From NCBI RefSeq assembly GCF_018977255.1, contig NW_024704742.1:101992001-102056000 (forward strand): a stretch of DNA of 64,000 bases, written 5' to 3'. The stretch's first letter is position 1. Each line of letters begins with the position of its first letter. Shown one piece after another: positions 49,281 through 61,695 of this stretch. The stretch is from Callorhinchus milii (lineage: Eukaryota). Below the pieces are notes generated by a model. It had not been told where the DNA came from. It did no database searches and saw only the letters and a program-made list of their open reading frames with translations. Made by a program: the position numbers and the translations under genes.

Positions 49281-51109
49281 ATATATGTGCTGCAATTGAT
49301 TCTTTTTCAACTGATCAACAATAATAGAAAAAAAACATTCAGTTTTTGCATTTGGTCTCCTTGAATCTCTTCTAACACCACTTTAATCTTTAATGTGTTT
49401 TTTTTGCTTCAACTGAATTGAGCAGTCAATGTGTTGTACTCTTTCGATGAAATTTACTGTCAAGTTCACTCAGGATCATGATTCCATATTTCATCAAAAA
49501 GGCTCCTGGGATCAACTGCTTCTTGTAATGAAATTAGAACGCATTGCGCTCTGCATTTCAGTTGAACATCAGTTAGTAACTCCCTATCTTTCTCTGCTTC
49601 CTCCATCTTCCTGATAAAGATACCTTTTATTGTGATAATTGTGAATTTGCAGAATAAGGCAAGGCCATTGAGCTTCTTCTGCAAACTTTAAACTGTGCCA
49701 AAAGGGCAAAGTGGGCAGTATTTTCACAGTGTCGTGAATGGAGAGTACTGCCCTCTCATATTTCTTTGATGTTGGCATAAAGCAAAGTCCTGTGCAAATG
49801 TAAAAAGTAAACTAGGTTTAGTTTTATATTTTTATAAACAGCCATGAAGTAAATGACCAATTTTATCTGGAGGATTGTTGGCCAGGAATCTGGAAGAATC
49901 TCCCTTCTCTTTTGTGTAACGCCATGTTTAACATCTGTATTCTGGCTGCTATTCACAGTCTATTCTGTGAAGTGCTTTGGGATGTCTAGAAGACGTGAAA
50001 AGCACTATATCAAATGCAAGGATTATTATTATTATTATTGTTATTATTATTTGATGTTACCACTTGAACAGATAGATGGGACTTCAGTTTAATGTCTCAT
50101 CCAAAAAAAGTCTAAAAAATAAAACGGTGTGTTGTATTTGTCAGTACTATTGTCTTAAATAAAGCTTATTCAGATGTAGTGGCAGTAATAATGACTTTTG
50201 CTGAGATAATAATCTTTGCTTTTAATATTGTCTCTATAATGTCAAAATAGCAGCCATTTTGCACAAGGCAATGTCCCACAAATAGCTATGAAGTGAATGC
50301 CTAATTAATCCTTCACTTCTTGAATAGTGTTATACGATCATTAACGTCCATCTGAAGACAGTCAGGGACTGGAAATAGGTAGCGGTCACTGAATAGTGAT
50401 CTGTAGAACTCCAATAATAAATTGGTTACTCAATCCATGAGGGTTTATTGGACACTGTTGTGTGCAATTGGCTGCTCCGTTATATCCACAAATATAGTCA
50501 ATTAACTTCATAGGGTATTGAAGCGCTTTGTGACGTCTCGAAGACGTAATAAGGCTCTATATAAATGCAAGGATTATTATTATTGTATCACACTACCATG
50601 CAACATGATGCACTACAAGCACTCCGAGGCACTATTCTGCGTGAAGAGAGCGATATAAATATAAGTTATTGTGGTTGTTTATCCACAGATCTATCCGGAT
50701 CTTTTCTAATCCCTGCAATTTTTCCCATTTGCTGCTCTCCCAACTGTCAATATGCTTAGGATGCTCTGTTATAATATTCAGAAGGCTTTGTCTGTAAATT
50801 GCCCTTTCTGCTGCTGTCATTGAGACACTTTTGGCAGGAATTCGGTACTCCACAGCTGTATTCTCAGAGCTTTCTAAATTTATAAGGATCAAGTGGTTTA
50901 TTAGCTGCTTCACGAACGTGAACTGTCTGTTATTGTAGGTGTGCTGTTATTGACTGCTGATGTTTCATTACCACAAACACAATTGTATATCTCGCACTCA
51001 GCCAATTAAGAGTCCCTAACATCAGCTCTAGAAGGTGGTCTTTTCAAGTAATAGGTGCTGTAGTACACACTATAGCTGGGTGTGGGGAGAGGGGATTATC
51101 AAGTAGCTT

Positions 51110-51596
51110 GATTTCAAGATCCTCATCCTCACCTACAAGGCCATTCACGGCCTTGCTCCCTCCTACCTCTCCAACCTACTATCCCCCTACCTACCTGCCC
51201 GTACCCTCCGTTCCTCTGGCTCCGGTCTGCTCCACGTCCCCCGCCCCAACCGCCCTACTATCGGTGGTCGGGCCTTCAGCCTCTCAGCCCCCAGGCTCTG
51301 GAACTCCATCCCCCAGTGCCTTCGCCGCCTCCTCCCTTTCCTCCTTCAAGGCCGGTCTCAAAACCTTTCTCTTTGACCGTGCCTTCAGCTCCCCTCTCGA
51401 CTCTCTTCCTCCTCCTCGCTCCCTCCCTTCCCTCCCCTCACCCTGACCATTTCCCCCTCCTCTCTCCCTCCCTTCCCTCCCCTCACCCTGACCATTTCCC
51501 CCCTGCTCGGGTCATGACCCAACTGTGCAGCGCCTTGGGACGTCCTCCTGACGTGAAAGGCGCTCTATAAATGGAATCTTGTTGTTGTTGTTGTTG
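51110..51596 (+). mobile_element. Young 5'-truncated L2 copy
   Basis: Near-identical to 8426-8865 and to the 3' end of the 14.7-kb element; (TTG)n tail. Confidence 0.93.
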
Positions 51597-51980
51597 GTTT
51601 ATTAAACCTTGGATGGAAGAATTCACTCTTGAGGTATCTGCTGCTGATGCTGGGAAGGATTTTGTTTTGTGGTAACTTGGGTACACACTCAGCACTTTCC
51701 AAGACATTGGCACTTTCACCCATAAAATAGAGCCAAGCCACTTTATGATATTCTGTGAAGTGCTTTGAGACGTCTCAACGATGTGATAAGGCACTATATA
51801 AAAAATCAAGGATTAGTGACTAGATCAATAAATCTCATGTTAGATTCAGTCTCTGTGGGCAGCCTGTGAGCAGGAATTGCTTCTCCAAGATTATGTAACT
51901 TTTGTTCAGCATATGCATTGCTTCAGATGATCCAATCATTTCAGATGATCTCTCCAGCACCGCTTTGGAGTGTCAGTTTC

Positions 51981-52039
51981 ACGTCCTCCCGACATGAAAG
52001 GCGCTCTATAAATGGAATCGTGTTGTTGTTGTTGTTGTT
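51981..52039 (+). mobile_element. Very short L2 tail insertion
   Basis: acgtcctcccgacatgaaaggcgctctataaatggaatcg(tgt)n. Confidence 0.8.
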
Positions 52040-52199
52040 TATATTAAGTAATTTCAAACCTGACATTGAAGTCACATAGTCTAAGCTGATACTTCAATAT
52101 ATTGGAGACGTGTGTCATTGTCAGAGGTGCTGCCTTTCGGATGAGACTTTAAACTGAGGACTTGTCTACCTGTTTAGGTGGATGTTAAAGATCCCATTT

Positions 52200-52527
52200 G
52201 TGGAGTCCTATAGCTCAGTGGTTAGAGCACTCGCTTTGCAAGTGAGAGACCTGAGTTCAATTCCAGGCAGAGGGCGAAACCTTGGGCAAGTTTCCTTACT
52301 CCACACAGAGCCTAATAATAATCCCTCCAAAACCAAAAACAATAATAAATTGGTCATTTTCAATCTACAACTGTTTGTGGGACATTGATGTACGCAATTG
52401 ACTGCCGCGTTCGCCCACAAATATACAGTCAATTCACTTTACCGTGTGTTCTGTGAAGCACTTTGGGACGTCCTCCCGACGTGACAAGCGCTATATCAAA
52501 TGCAAGGATTATTATTATTATTATTAT
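52200..52527 (+). mobile_element. tRNA-Ala/CORE/Deu SINE, young short form, nested in an older DeuSINE
   Basis: The host DeuSINE is split at aagatcccat | agtactattc. Confidence 0.92.
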
Positions 52528-52647
52528 AGTACTATTCAAAAGGAGAAGGGAGTTTCTCCCGGTATCCTCATCAACAATCCCCAAATAAAATTTGGTCACT
52601 CGCTCCTTGGCTTTTTGCACATATTGCAAATATATATGCGTATATTC

Positions 52648-52853
52648 AAAATGCAAAATACTGCAGATGCTGGAAATCTGAAACAAAAACAGAAGTCGCT
52701 GAGAACTCTCAGCAGATCAGGCAGCATCTATGGAGAAAGGAAAGTGAGTCAACATTTTGGGTCTGTTCTGACGAAGGGTTGTGGACCCGAAACATTGACT
52801 CACTTTCCTTTCTTGATAGATGCTGCCTGACCTGCTGAGTGTTCCCAGCGACT
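52648..52853. mobile_element. Penelope-like pseudo-LTR unit as an inverted repeat with a hammerhead-ribozyme motif
   Basis: Arms 52694-52763 and 52784-52853 are reverse complements; CTGACGA...GAAA at 52768-52792. Confidence 0.75.
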
Positions 52854-53922
52854 ATTATTGGTTTCCTTGTGTCCCCACAACATACACATAGTCAAAATCA
52901 CTTTACTGTATTTCCTGTGAAGTGCTTTGAGACGTCTCAATGACGTGCTATACAAAATTCAAGGATTATATTATTATAAGTTTGCCAGGAGCAAGGCAGT
53001 GTTGTTGGCCAGAGGGGCTTCCTGAAAATGTGCAAACTTCTAATGCTGAACCCAAACTGTGGAAAGTCAGAAGTCCCACAGCTCATAAAGTAACATGGAT
53101 TTGGTTGTCTGGAGGAAATGGTCTAAGCAAAGGTTCTTTTGTTATTATGTGGAAAAAAAGTCCTCGGTCGCCCATTACTCTATCATTTCTGATTAAAATC
53201 TTTGTTTAAACAAATAGTTTTAAAGGAAGGCAAGTCACAGAGAGGAAGCAATTCTTCCTGAGATGCATGATGTTGTAAATTAGACTCTTGTAAATTATAA
53301 GTGTCGACTGCGTTAATCCGAGATGTATAAATAAGGAAATGCAGCTCAAAATGTCCCATATATCTTTATGCTCACAGTGAGCCAGTACAAATATTTCCAG
53401 AGTGTTTCTTTGTCCTGTAATGCAAGCTGCTTGTGTGGATGTTTACAGTTCGCGGTTTAGTTAGCAGCATTTTATTCATGTTCTGGTAAAAGAGGCATGA
53501 GCACACATTATTCCAACTTTCACTGAGCAGTTTCTCTTTACACACAGAGAAAGGCTACTTTGTCAAGAGTCAGGAATTATGTTTACATTGGAGAAGGTGG
53601 CTGATTAGCTCTGCTTCAGCTCCCACAATGCAGATTAAAGTTGACTTGGATCAGGAAGTAACGTGTTCATTTCACCCTCCCAGGTTCTGAATGATTTCAC
53701 TTTACACTTTACATTTGCCCAACTGTTCCTCTTCTGCCAAAGAATCCTGGTTTTCTTTGACACTTCCTTTCACACCTTGGCTAAGGCTATAAATTTGTCA
53801 CGTAGAGAAGTGCAGACCTTTAGTCCACATTCTGCACTACCACTTTTGACATTTCCTTACTTCAACTTCTTTCTGTTCTTGTTTTAAGTTCTAATGATGC
53901 ATTTGTAGAAGCCAACAGTTAT

Positions 53923-54297
53923 AATCCTTACCTTTAATATAACGTCTTTCATTTCGGGAGAAAGTCCCAAAGCGCTTCACAATATATACTGTACAGTGTT
54001 TTGCAGGCAAACACTGCATCCTAATAGCACACAGCATGTCACACAATAGCTAGTGAAGTGAATGACCAATTTTTGGGGGGATTGTTGACCAGGAGACAAT
54101 CGCTCCTCTTTTTGAGTACTGTCATGAGATATTTAACATCCATCTCCATGAGCAGACAGGGCCTCGGTTTAACATCACATCGAAATACGGCACCTCCAAC
54201 AATGCAGCACACCCTCAGCACTGCATTGCAATGTCAGCATAGACTATATGAGTTCCAAGGTCCTGACGTAGTGCTTGAACCCACAATTTTCTGACTC
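53923..54297 (-). mobile_element. Older DeuSINE
   Basis: gcagacagggcctcggtttaacatcacatcgaaatacggcacctcc. Confidence 0.85.
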
Positions 54298-54589
54298 CCC
54301 TGAATAGTATAACGATTATAATTATAATGAGCTTAAGGAAACATGTTATTCTCCTGAATTCTCACAAAGATGTGAAATTTAAAATCCCGCTCAGATCCTG
54401 TTAACCCTACAAGCTACAGCCCTAACGGGTTGGGTTGTCCCAGCTGGACAGGCAGCAGGAAAGCTTGCCAGACCGCAATATCAATGGCAGGCTTTAGCTT
54501 GTTAGACTCCAGCAGTACCCCGATGCACATTCCAGGGTCCCTGAGCCTTGGCTCTTGCAAATCTACGCCGGAATTAGGTAAGCAGGATG

Positions 54590-54725
54590 GAGTGTGCATT
54601 CCATTCCAACAATCTATCTATGGGATTTCCATGTGTAGGTGGGATTCATGGAAATCTTAGTTTGGTTTAGATGCTCGTAAGCATGGTGATGGGTTTCTGC
54701 ATGTGTTAGCCACCTGGCTGACAAA
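54590..54725 (+). repeat. Unclassified interspersed repeat of about 140 bp with an internal hairpin; copy at 61480-61615 (-), partial copies at 19503-19545 (+) and 58727-58770 (-)
   Basis: Direct alignment by eye between the copies. Confidence 0.75.
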
Positions 54726-55684
54726 AAAAACTTAAATGCTGAGCTGCACAAGAATCTGCACATTCCAGCCAGCTCAAGTGGTAATGAAAATCAAAGCTGA
54801 AAAATATAAAGGAAATTGTCTGTAGCATTCAAAATGTGTAATGCTACACTGGTTTGATATTCTGGATGGGTAAAATCAAATGGGACAAAGAACCTTCATC
54901 AGTCATACCTCTCTTGTGATTTAATAACTGTGTTTTTTCTGAAAACCCAGCAACTAGAATGAATCCTGTAAAAGTGTTCTTTCTTCCTCCCAAACTAAGT
55001 ATACCAAGAGTGGCTCTTGAAACAGAGAAGGTCTTGGCTAATTAGATTTGCTCTCATGCATTTTAGTGTACCCATACAGAATATCAACTTCAACTCCTGT
55101 TTAATGCATATTAAACATGCCATCTGAGGATTTTAAAAAAATCGATGAAGAAATGTACATGGATTTTACACTGATTTGGCTGTGCCTTGCATAGATAGTT
55201 TGAACACTTTCCCTATGAAGTAATGCAACACTTGGAGACCCACCTGGGTCTTACAACGTACATAGTGATGAAAAGTCTTTTGTTGTACTTGTATTGATTT
55301 TACACAGGGTAGATGGAACCTGATATACTGGCAGCTTTATTAATGTTAACTCTGCATTACTCCAAGCCTCATTATGACAGTTGTATTCCCCTGATCACAG
55401 GAAAAGCTCAGCTACAGAGGACGCAAAAGTCAGACATTGATCTCATGATCCGTTGATGAGAAAAACTACTGTTCCTGATCCCATGAGTTTGTCATTGATT
55501 GGAGAATACTTGTAATACAAAGCTAAGCACTCTTGCTAGAGAAACTGTGTTGCAGTAATTTCAAGATTTCAGAGGGTCTGCTTGTCGGTAACTTTTCTAA
55601 CTATGCTGAATGCTTTTAAATAAAGCTTAGGTTAAATCACTATTCGAAAAGAGAAGGGAACTTCTTTTTATGTACTGTATACAA

Positions 55685-56005
55685 AATAATAATAATAATA
55701 ATCCTTGCATTTGATATAGCGTTTTTCACGTCGGGAGGACGTCCCAAAGCGCTTCACAGAACACACTGTAAAGTGAATTGACTGTATATTTGTGGGCGAA
55801 CGCGGCAGCCAATTTCGCACAGCAATGTCCCACAAACAGTCGTAGATTGAAAATGACCAATTTATTATTGTTTTTTGTTTTGGAGGGATTATTATTAGGC
55901 GTGTGGAGTAAGGAAACTTGCCCAAGGTTTCGTCCTGCCTGGAATTGAACTCAGGTCTCTCGCTTGCAAAGCGAGTGCTCTAACCACTGAGCTACAGGAC
56001 TCCAC
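55685..56005 (-). mobile_element. tRNA-Ala/CORE/Deu SINE, young short form
   Basis: Many CpGs retained; full head to tail. Confidence 0.93.
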
Positions 56006-57504
56006 AGTCAATCCACTTTACAATATATTCTGTAAAGCGCTTTGAGATGTCTCAATGATGTTATAAGGCGCTATATCAAATGCAAGGATTATTATTATTA
56101 TTACTGGCAAGTTGTTCACTTCATCATTGATTTGGGGCTCTGCTGTGTGCAAACTGGCTGCTGCAGTTGCCTACAAGTAAATACACGGTCACTTCACTTG
56201 ACAACAATTTCTGTGAAGTGCTTTGAGATGTTTCAACGTATCAAATGCAAGGTTTATTATTATTAAATCCCATTATAAGCACAGCCTAACAAGATTTACA
56301 AACAAGTGGAGCATTACATGAGCTCAATGGCATAATCAGTGAATTCTGTTTTGAAAAGAGAAGAACCTCGATTTTTTTTTCAGAACTTAAAATCATTATT
56401 ATTCTTTTGGAAATCTCAAGTATTTTAACAGTCATTCTGAAAACTCATATGTGGCATGAAAACTGGTAAAAATATTGTGCCTTGTATAGTAATGCCTTGA
56501 TTAGTTATTTTCATTTATTGTGGTATTTCTTGAGGAATTTTCCAGATGATTCATTAATAAGCAATTTGAGACTTGCAAATGGGAACTCCTTTTGGTAACA
56601 AGTGGTATGTCATGCAGACCCATTGGAATTCTGCTCTGAGGTGATCTACTCTGGAGTAAAGGTCCGACAGGAAAAATCCTGTAAAGCACTTTGAGGCGTC
56701 CTCCCGATGTGAATGGCGCTGTATCAAATGGTATAATTATTTATCACGAGTATCTGATGGCCAGCTTCCCATCTTCAGCATTTTTATTGGTCTTTATCAT
56801 TGATGATTGTTGAGTATATAACCACCAAAATGCTTTTTGTATGTTAGTGTAGTTGAAAGGCATTGGGTTGATGACTCTTAAATTAAATATATATCTGCTT
56901 TATAACCAAGATGTGATAGAAGTCTATCTGACTGCTGAGCCTAATTGATTAGAAAGACATTACTTGTGGTATACTGACAACCTGAGACCCTTTATTCTCT
57001 CTATTGCGGCTGGTGAGGAGACTGAATTTCTGCCCTGCTCATCATTCATTTTTGCAAAGTGTGAGAAATCTTTATCATTCAGATGTGTGGTAAAGTGAAG
57101 ACTGGTTCTTAGAGCACTTGTTCTGTTGAGGTTGCACTGGAAATTGCACTTGTTCTCCTGAGATTGTACCTTTACATTATGGACATGAATGTGCCTGAGG
57201 CCCATTGACATGTAGAAGTTTGGAAGTTCTTAAAACACATTACTGCTGGTCTTTCAAAAAGCACAGCATAAATAGTATTATAAAAGAAAACCTTGAAAAA
57301 TATCCACTCTTAATTAAGATGGATTTCTTAGATGAAAATTAAATGATACCAGTATCCACCAATATTCTGTACAATACATTTTGACCATTAATTAGGATGT
57401 GACAGGAAATTGTAAAGTCTTTCAAAAATAGGACTTTTTTTTACGCCTTTTTGGGTTGAAGAAAACAATCGGTAAACCAGGAAAACTGCTAACTGGACCA
57501 TCTA

Positions 57505-57838
57505 TTAATCCTTGTATTTGATATAATTGTAATTTTATTTTGGGAGGATGTCTCAAAACATTCAAGAGGACTTATTGTGAAGTGACTGTATATTTGTAGG
57601 TGATCACGGTAGCCCAATTTCACACAACAATGTCCCACAAACAGCCATGAAATGAATGACCAATTTTACTTGGGGGATTGTTGGCCAGGGAGAAGTGCCA
57701 TGCGATCTTTAAGGTGCATTTGAACAGGCAGACAGATCCTCAGTTCAACGTCTCATCTGAAGGACGGCACCTCTGCAAATGCAACACACCCTCAGGACTG
57801 CTTTGGAGTATCATCTTAGACTAAATGAGTTAAAGTCC
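57505..57838 (-). mobile_element. Older DeuSINE
   Basis: gtgccatgcgatcttt...tctcatctgaaggacggcacctc. Confidence 0.82.
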
Positions 57839-59445
57839 AGTAGAGTACTCAGGAATGACTCACTATGAGATTACTCACAGAATCCCATACTTCAGAATAT
57901 TTTTAACACCTTAGTTAGTTTTATTGATTTTTGTAGTCTTGTAAGCAGGGAGAGAAGGTCATTTATAAGTGCAATACCTGACACTTTGGAAAATAAATTA
58001 TACTTGCAAGCATTTATCAGTGCCAAGGTTTATGGCCATAAATTATGTCTTCTCATTTAGAACTCTATCAAACTGAACACCTGCTAAATCTCATTTCATT
58101 TTCAGTGCCCCAAATAATTAATCCATTCCATGTGCTACATTTGTGGGAGTCTCTCACTCCCCTCACCGCCCCCAAAACACACACTTCTTTCATTTAAAAC
58201 TCTGCTGCTGCAAGAAATGGGTCATTTCTATGACAGGAACGAAATGCATATATATATTAGATTTCCTACTTTGATGACCTCTCAGGGCAAATGTGTAAAG
58301 ACATTACGTAATTTCCTCTTCAGTAATTCAGTAATTTTCAATGGTGAAGGTGTGCTGCCGAGATGGTATGTCCTTGGGATCAATTCAATAAATAGCCAGT
58401 AAAGGTTGTTTGGGAGACTGACTCTCGGATTGGCTGTGCTATCTTTTATCATGCTCCTCATGTAACCTCACAACATTCATGCAATTTTCCAACGCACAAT
58501 AATTACTGGGTAGAAATGTTGTTAATCTAATTTAGCTCTCTTAGTGTGTCCTCAACAGAAGTTCTCCTTCCTTACCCTGTCTATCTCCTTTATGTGACAG
58601 TATTTTATATGGATTGACATAGACCATTACACCACGGAAACAGACCATTTTGCCCAATTCGTCCCTCCTAATCCCCTATTCCCTTCTCACTCATTTATGC
58701 TTCTAAAATACCATCTTTTTTGGATCATGCAGAAACCCCCATCACGATGCTTACAAGTATCCAATACCACTAATGGAGCTCATAACATCAAGTCAGTTGA
58801 CTGGCTTGCAAGATGCATCACAGATGTAGAGGTAATACAGGATGTGCCTATAGTTTGAGTTGGCCATATACATTTGAACAGACGGGGGAGAGCAAACAAG
58901 GTGCACAGAGGTGGTACAAGGGAAAATGCAAGGAAGTAAAACAAAGTTGACTAATTAGCATCAGATAGTGGAGCATGGGTAACACAGAATGGGTTATACA
59001 TGTTTAACAGTGTTAGAGAAAACAAACAATTGTCTTTAATAGTGATTATGTTCCGAAGGGCTGGTGACAGATTGAATGAATAGAATCATAGAATACTTTT
59101 TATCGTAAAATCTGGTATGAGTCACACCTCATGGATATATTTATGCCTTGTAAATTCAGGGTATTGACAAAGCAGATTTTAGTCAAATCATAGTTTTTTC
59201 TAAACAAACAAACAAATAATCATGCTCTATTTTGGTGCAGATCTGTTTTCCTGGAAGTTGCGAGAATTATAATAATAATCAGCATCAGCCTTACATTTGA
59301 TATAGCGCTTTCATGTCAGAAGCATGTCTCAAAGCACTTCATAGCATATATGATAAAGTGTAGTGACTGTATTTTTGTGCTGGAAATGCAGCCTGCATTG
59401 TACCATTGTTGGACAAGTTCTACATTGTGGTGCTTTCAGATAATT

Positions 59446-59768
59446 GTAGAGTCCTGTAGCTCAGTGGTTAGAGCACTTGCTTTGCAAGTGAGAGACCTGG
59501 GTTCGATTCCCAGCAGGGTGAAACCTTGGGCAAGTTTCCTTACTCCACATGCTTGATAATAATCCCTCAAGAAAATAAAACAATAATAAATTAGTCACTT
59601 TAAACCACGACTGTTTGTGGGACACTGCTGTGCGCAATTGGCTGCCGCATTTCGCCCACAAATATACAGTCAATTCACTTTACAGTCTATTCTGTGAAGT
59701 GCTTTGAGACGTCTCGAAGACATGAAAAGCTCTATATCAAATGCAAGGATTATTATTATATTATTATA
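59446..59768 (+). mobile_element. tRNA-Ala/CORE/Deu SINE, short form
   Basis: Head to (ATT)n tail; gagacgtctcgaagacatg tail variant. Confidence 0.92.
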
Positions 59769-59917
59769 ATTGGTTTGGACAGGTTGATAGTGAGTTCATT
59801 TACATCAACGTTTGCAATTAGCAATCTGGACATGACCTGTCTCATGCACTTTCCACTCGGCTCAATTGGTGTCAGCCTGGCTCAGTTGGTCACCTCTGGG
59901 TCATAACGTTGTGGGTT

Positions 59918-60053
59918 CAATCACCCCCATTCTTGTCCAGCTTCACTGGCTCCCCATCCCTCAGAGAGTTGAATACAAAACCCTTGTTCTCACCTTCAAA
60001 GCCCTCCATGGTCTTGCTCCACCCTACCTCTCCGAGCTCCTAATTCCATATCA
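59918..60053 (+). mobile_element. L2 ORF2 C-terminal fragment abutting a SINE
   Basis: ITPILVQLHWLPIPQRVEYKTLVLTFKALHGLAPPYLSELL. Confidence 0.85.
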
Positions 60054-60284
60054 GTCAAATGACCAAGTGACCAAATTATTATTATTTTAATTTTTTTGAA
60101 GGGCTTATTACACCCAGAAAAGTGATCTGCCGATCAACTAACAACTGGGTTCCTACTTATTGCTAGGTAAACAGAGGCAGGTGGAGTAAGAAAACTTGCC
60201 CAACGTTTCGCCCTGCCCAGGAATCAAACCCACATTCTCTCGCTTCCGAGATAAGTGCTTAAATCACCAAGCTACAGGACTCCA
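60054..60284 (-). mobile_element. 5' part of a long-form SINE
   Basis: Head, CORE-like segment and start of the Deu-like body. Confidence 0.85.
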
Positions 60285-61695
60285 TAATTTACATTAAAAA
60301 TAAAAAAAATGACTGTTGGAAAAAGCACACTTTATTTCAATGTTTTTCAGTGCTTTCACCAATGATCTGCTCTTTGCAAATGTGGCAATTATTTTAAAGC
60401 AATATTCCATATTTAGTGCAGGTATGTTAAGATGTTTTGTTGGGTAACCTGTAATCACACCAATATGTTTTCATCCCAAAGTGGGAAGTGGTGGCTTTTG
60501 ATGGCTTCTTCTACAAGATGGATAAATTATAGCTATAGATATACCTCTCCACTGCTCACTTCCCTTCTCTTTTTGACTATTCGTAACTATTACTTGTTAT
60601 TAGTATGGGAACAGGACTTTAAGGTAGTACAGTACATAATGTTCAGAATAAATGACCTTGTAGGAGCCTGAACAGGAAAGCAAAAATAAAGTGTGTCCAA
60701 TGGATGTCAAAAGAGGCACAATGCATCTGGGTGTTAATCTAACATTAATCAATGCAGCTCTGAAGTGAATTAATTTGGAGCTACAATTTGCTGCAGCGTG
60801 ACTTCATTGAACATTTACTTAGATTATATAAAATGTCACCAAGTTTAGTTTTATTCTCTGCCAGTAGCATATTTCCTTTTCTGCCTTGACTCCCTCTAGA
60901 TACAGAGCTGCAGTTGACATAGAAATAAATGATTTTAAGCAGTAAGGGGATATAATGAGCCGGATATTTGCACAGCACTATGCCAGCTAAATAAACACAT
61001 ACTTACCCAGCCTTAGCAATCCAATCTCACAAAATCACTTCCATTCACTCCCATTATTTATAATTTTTGATCTAGCCTAATTTTTAAATATGTAAGATTT
61101 TCCAATGCTTTGTGCTTTCAATGTTCAGCTCATTTAATGTTGTGAGTTCAGCTCAAATGAATGAATCAGCTTTCACCCTCAAACAATACTTTCGCAGAAG
61201 GTAATGGGCAAAATGTTCCCTTTAATTACTGCCAGTGCTATTTAGTACTAGCTGTCACTCCGACTGAGATTCAACTGTCGTGCGGGCACACTACAGTTGC
61301 CACTTTGAGTTGCACCAGCAGTAGAATTAGACACTAACACTTGATATAAGGAAAGAGCTGTTTGTGTCTCCAACTTCACTGTAGTTCTTCTCAGATCTTT
61401 TGCCTAAGAGAAAATGTTATGATTTCAACTTTCTTCTCTGCCTACGAAAAGCAGGGAACCACTTGATTTTTTTTTGGTTTTGGTCAGCTGCGTGTCTGAC
61501 ATATGTGGAAACCAATCACCGTGCTCAAGAGTATCCAAACCAAGCTGAGGTTTCCATGCATCCCATCTACACATGGAAATCCCAGTGATAGATTGTTGGA
61601 ATGAAATGAGCACTCTCTCTGTGGTAATAATTACTGTAAAGCACTTTGAGATTTTGGACATGTAAGGCACTATAAAATGGAATTTCTTTCTTTCA

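Larger units (their letters stand above)
52075..52975 (+). mobile_element. Older DeuSINE host split by two insertions (SINE 52200-52527; Penelope-type unit 52648-52853)
   Basis: Three collinear host segments. Confidence 0.75.

Noticed and set aside
52444..52830. Recurring short ORFs with CKDYYYY or QQQQQDSIY motifs
   Set aside because: Translations of SINE (ATT)n and L2 (CAA)n tails, not a protein family.
59450..59520. tRNA-Ala(TGC)-like cloverleaf with A and B boxes (also at 3.9, 43.8, 52.2 and 55.9 kb)
   Set aside because: Each copy runs straight into the SINE body and tail and copies carry scattered stem mismatches; these are SINE heads, not tRNA genes.
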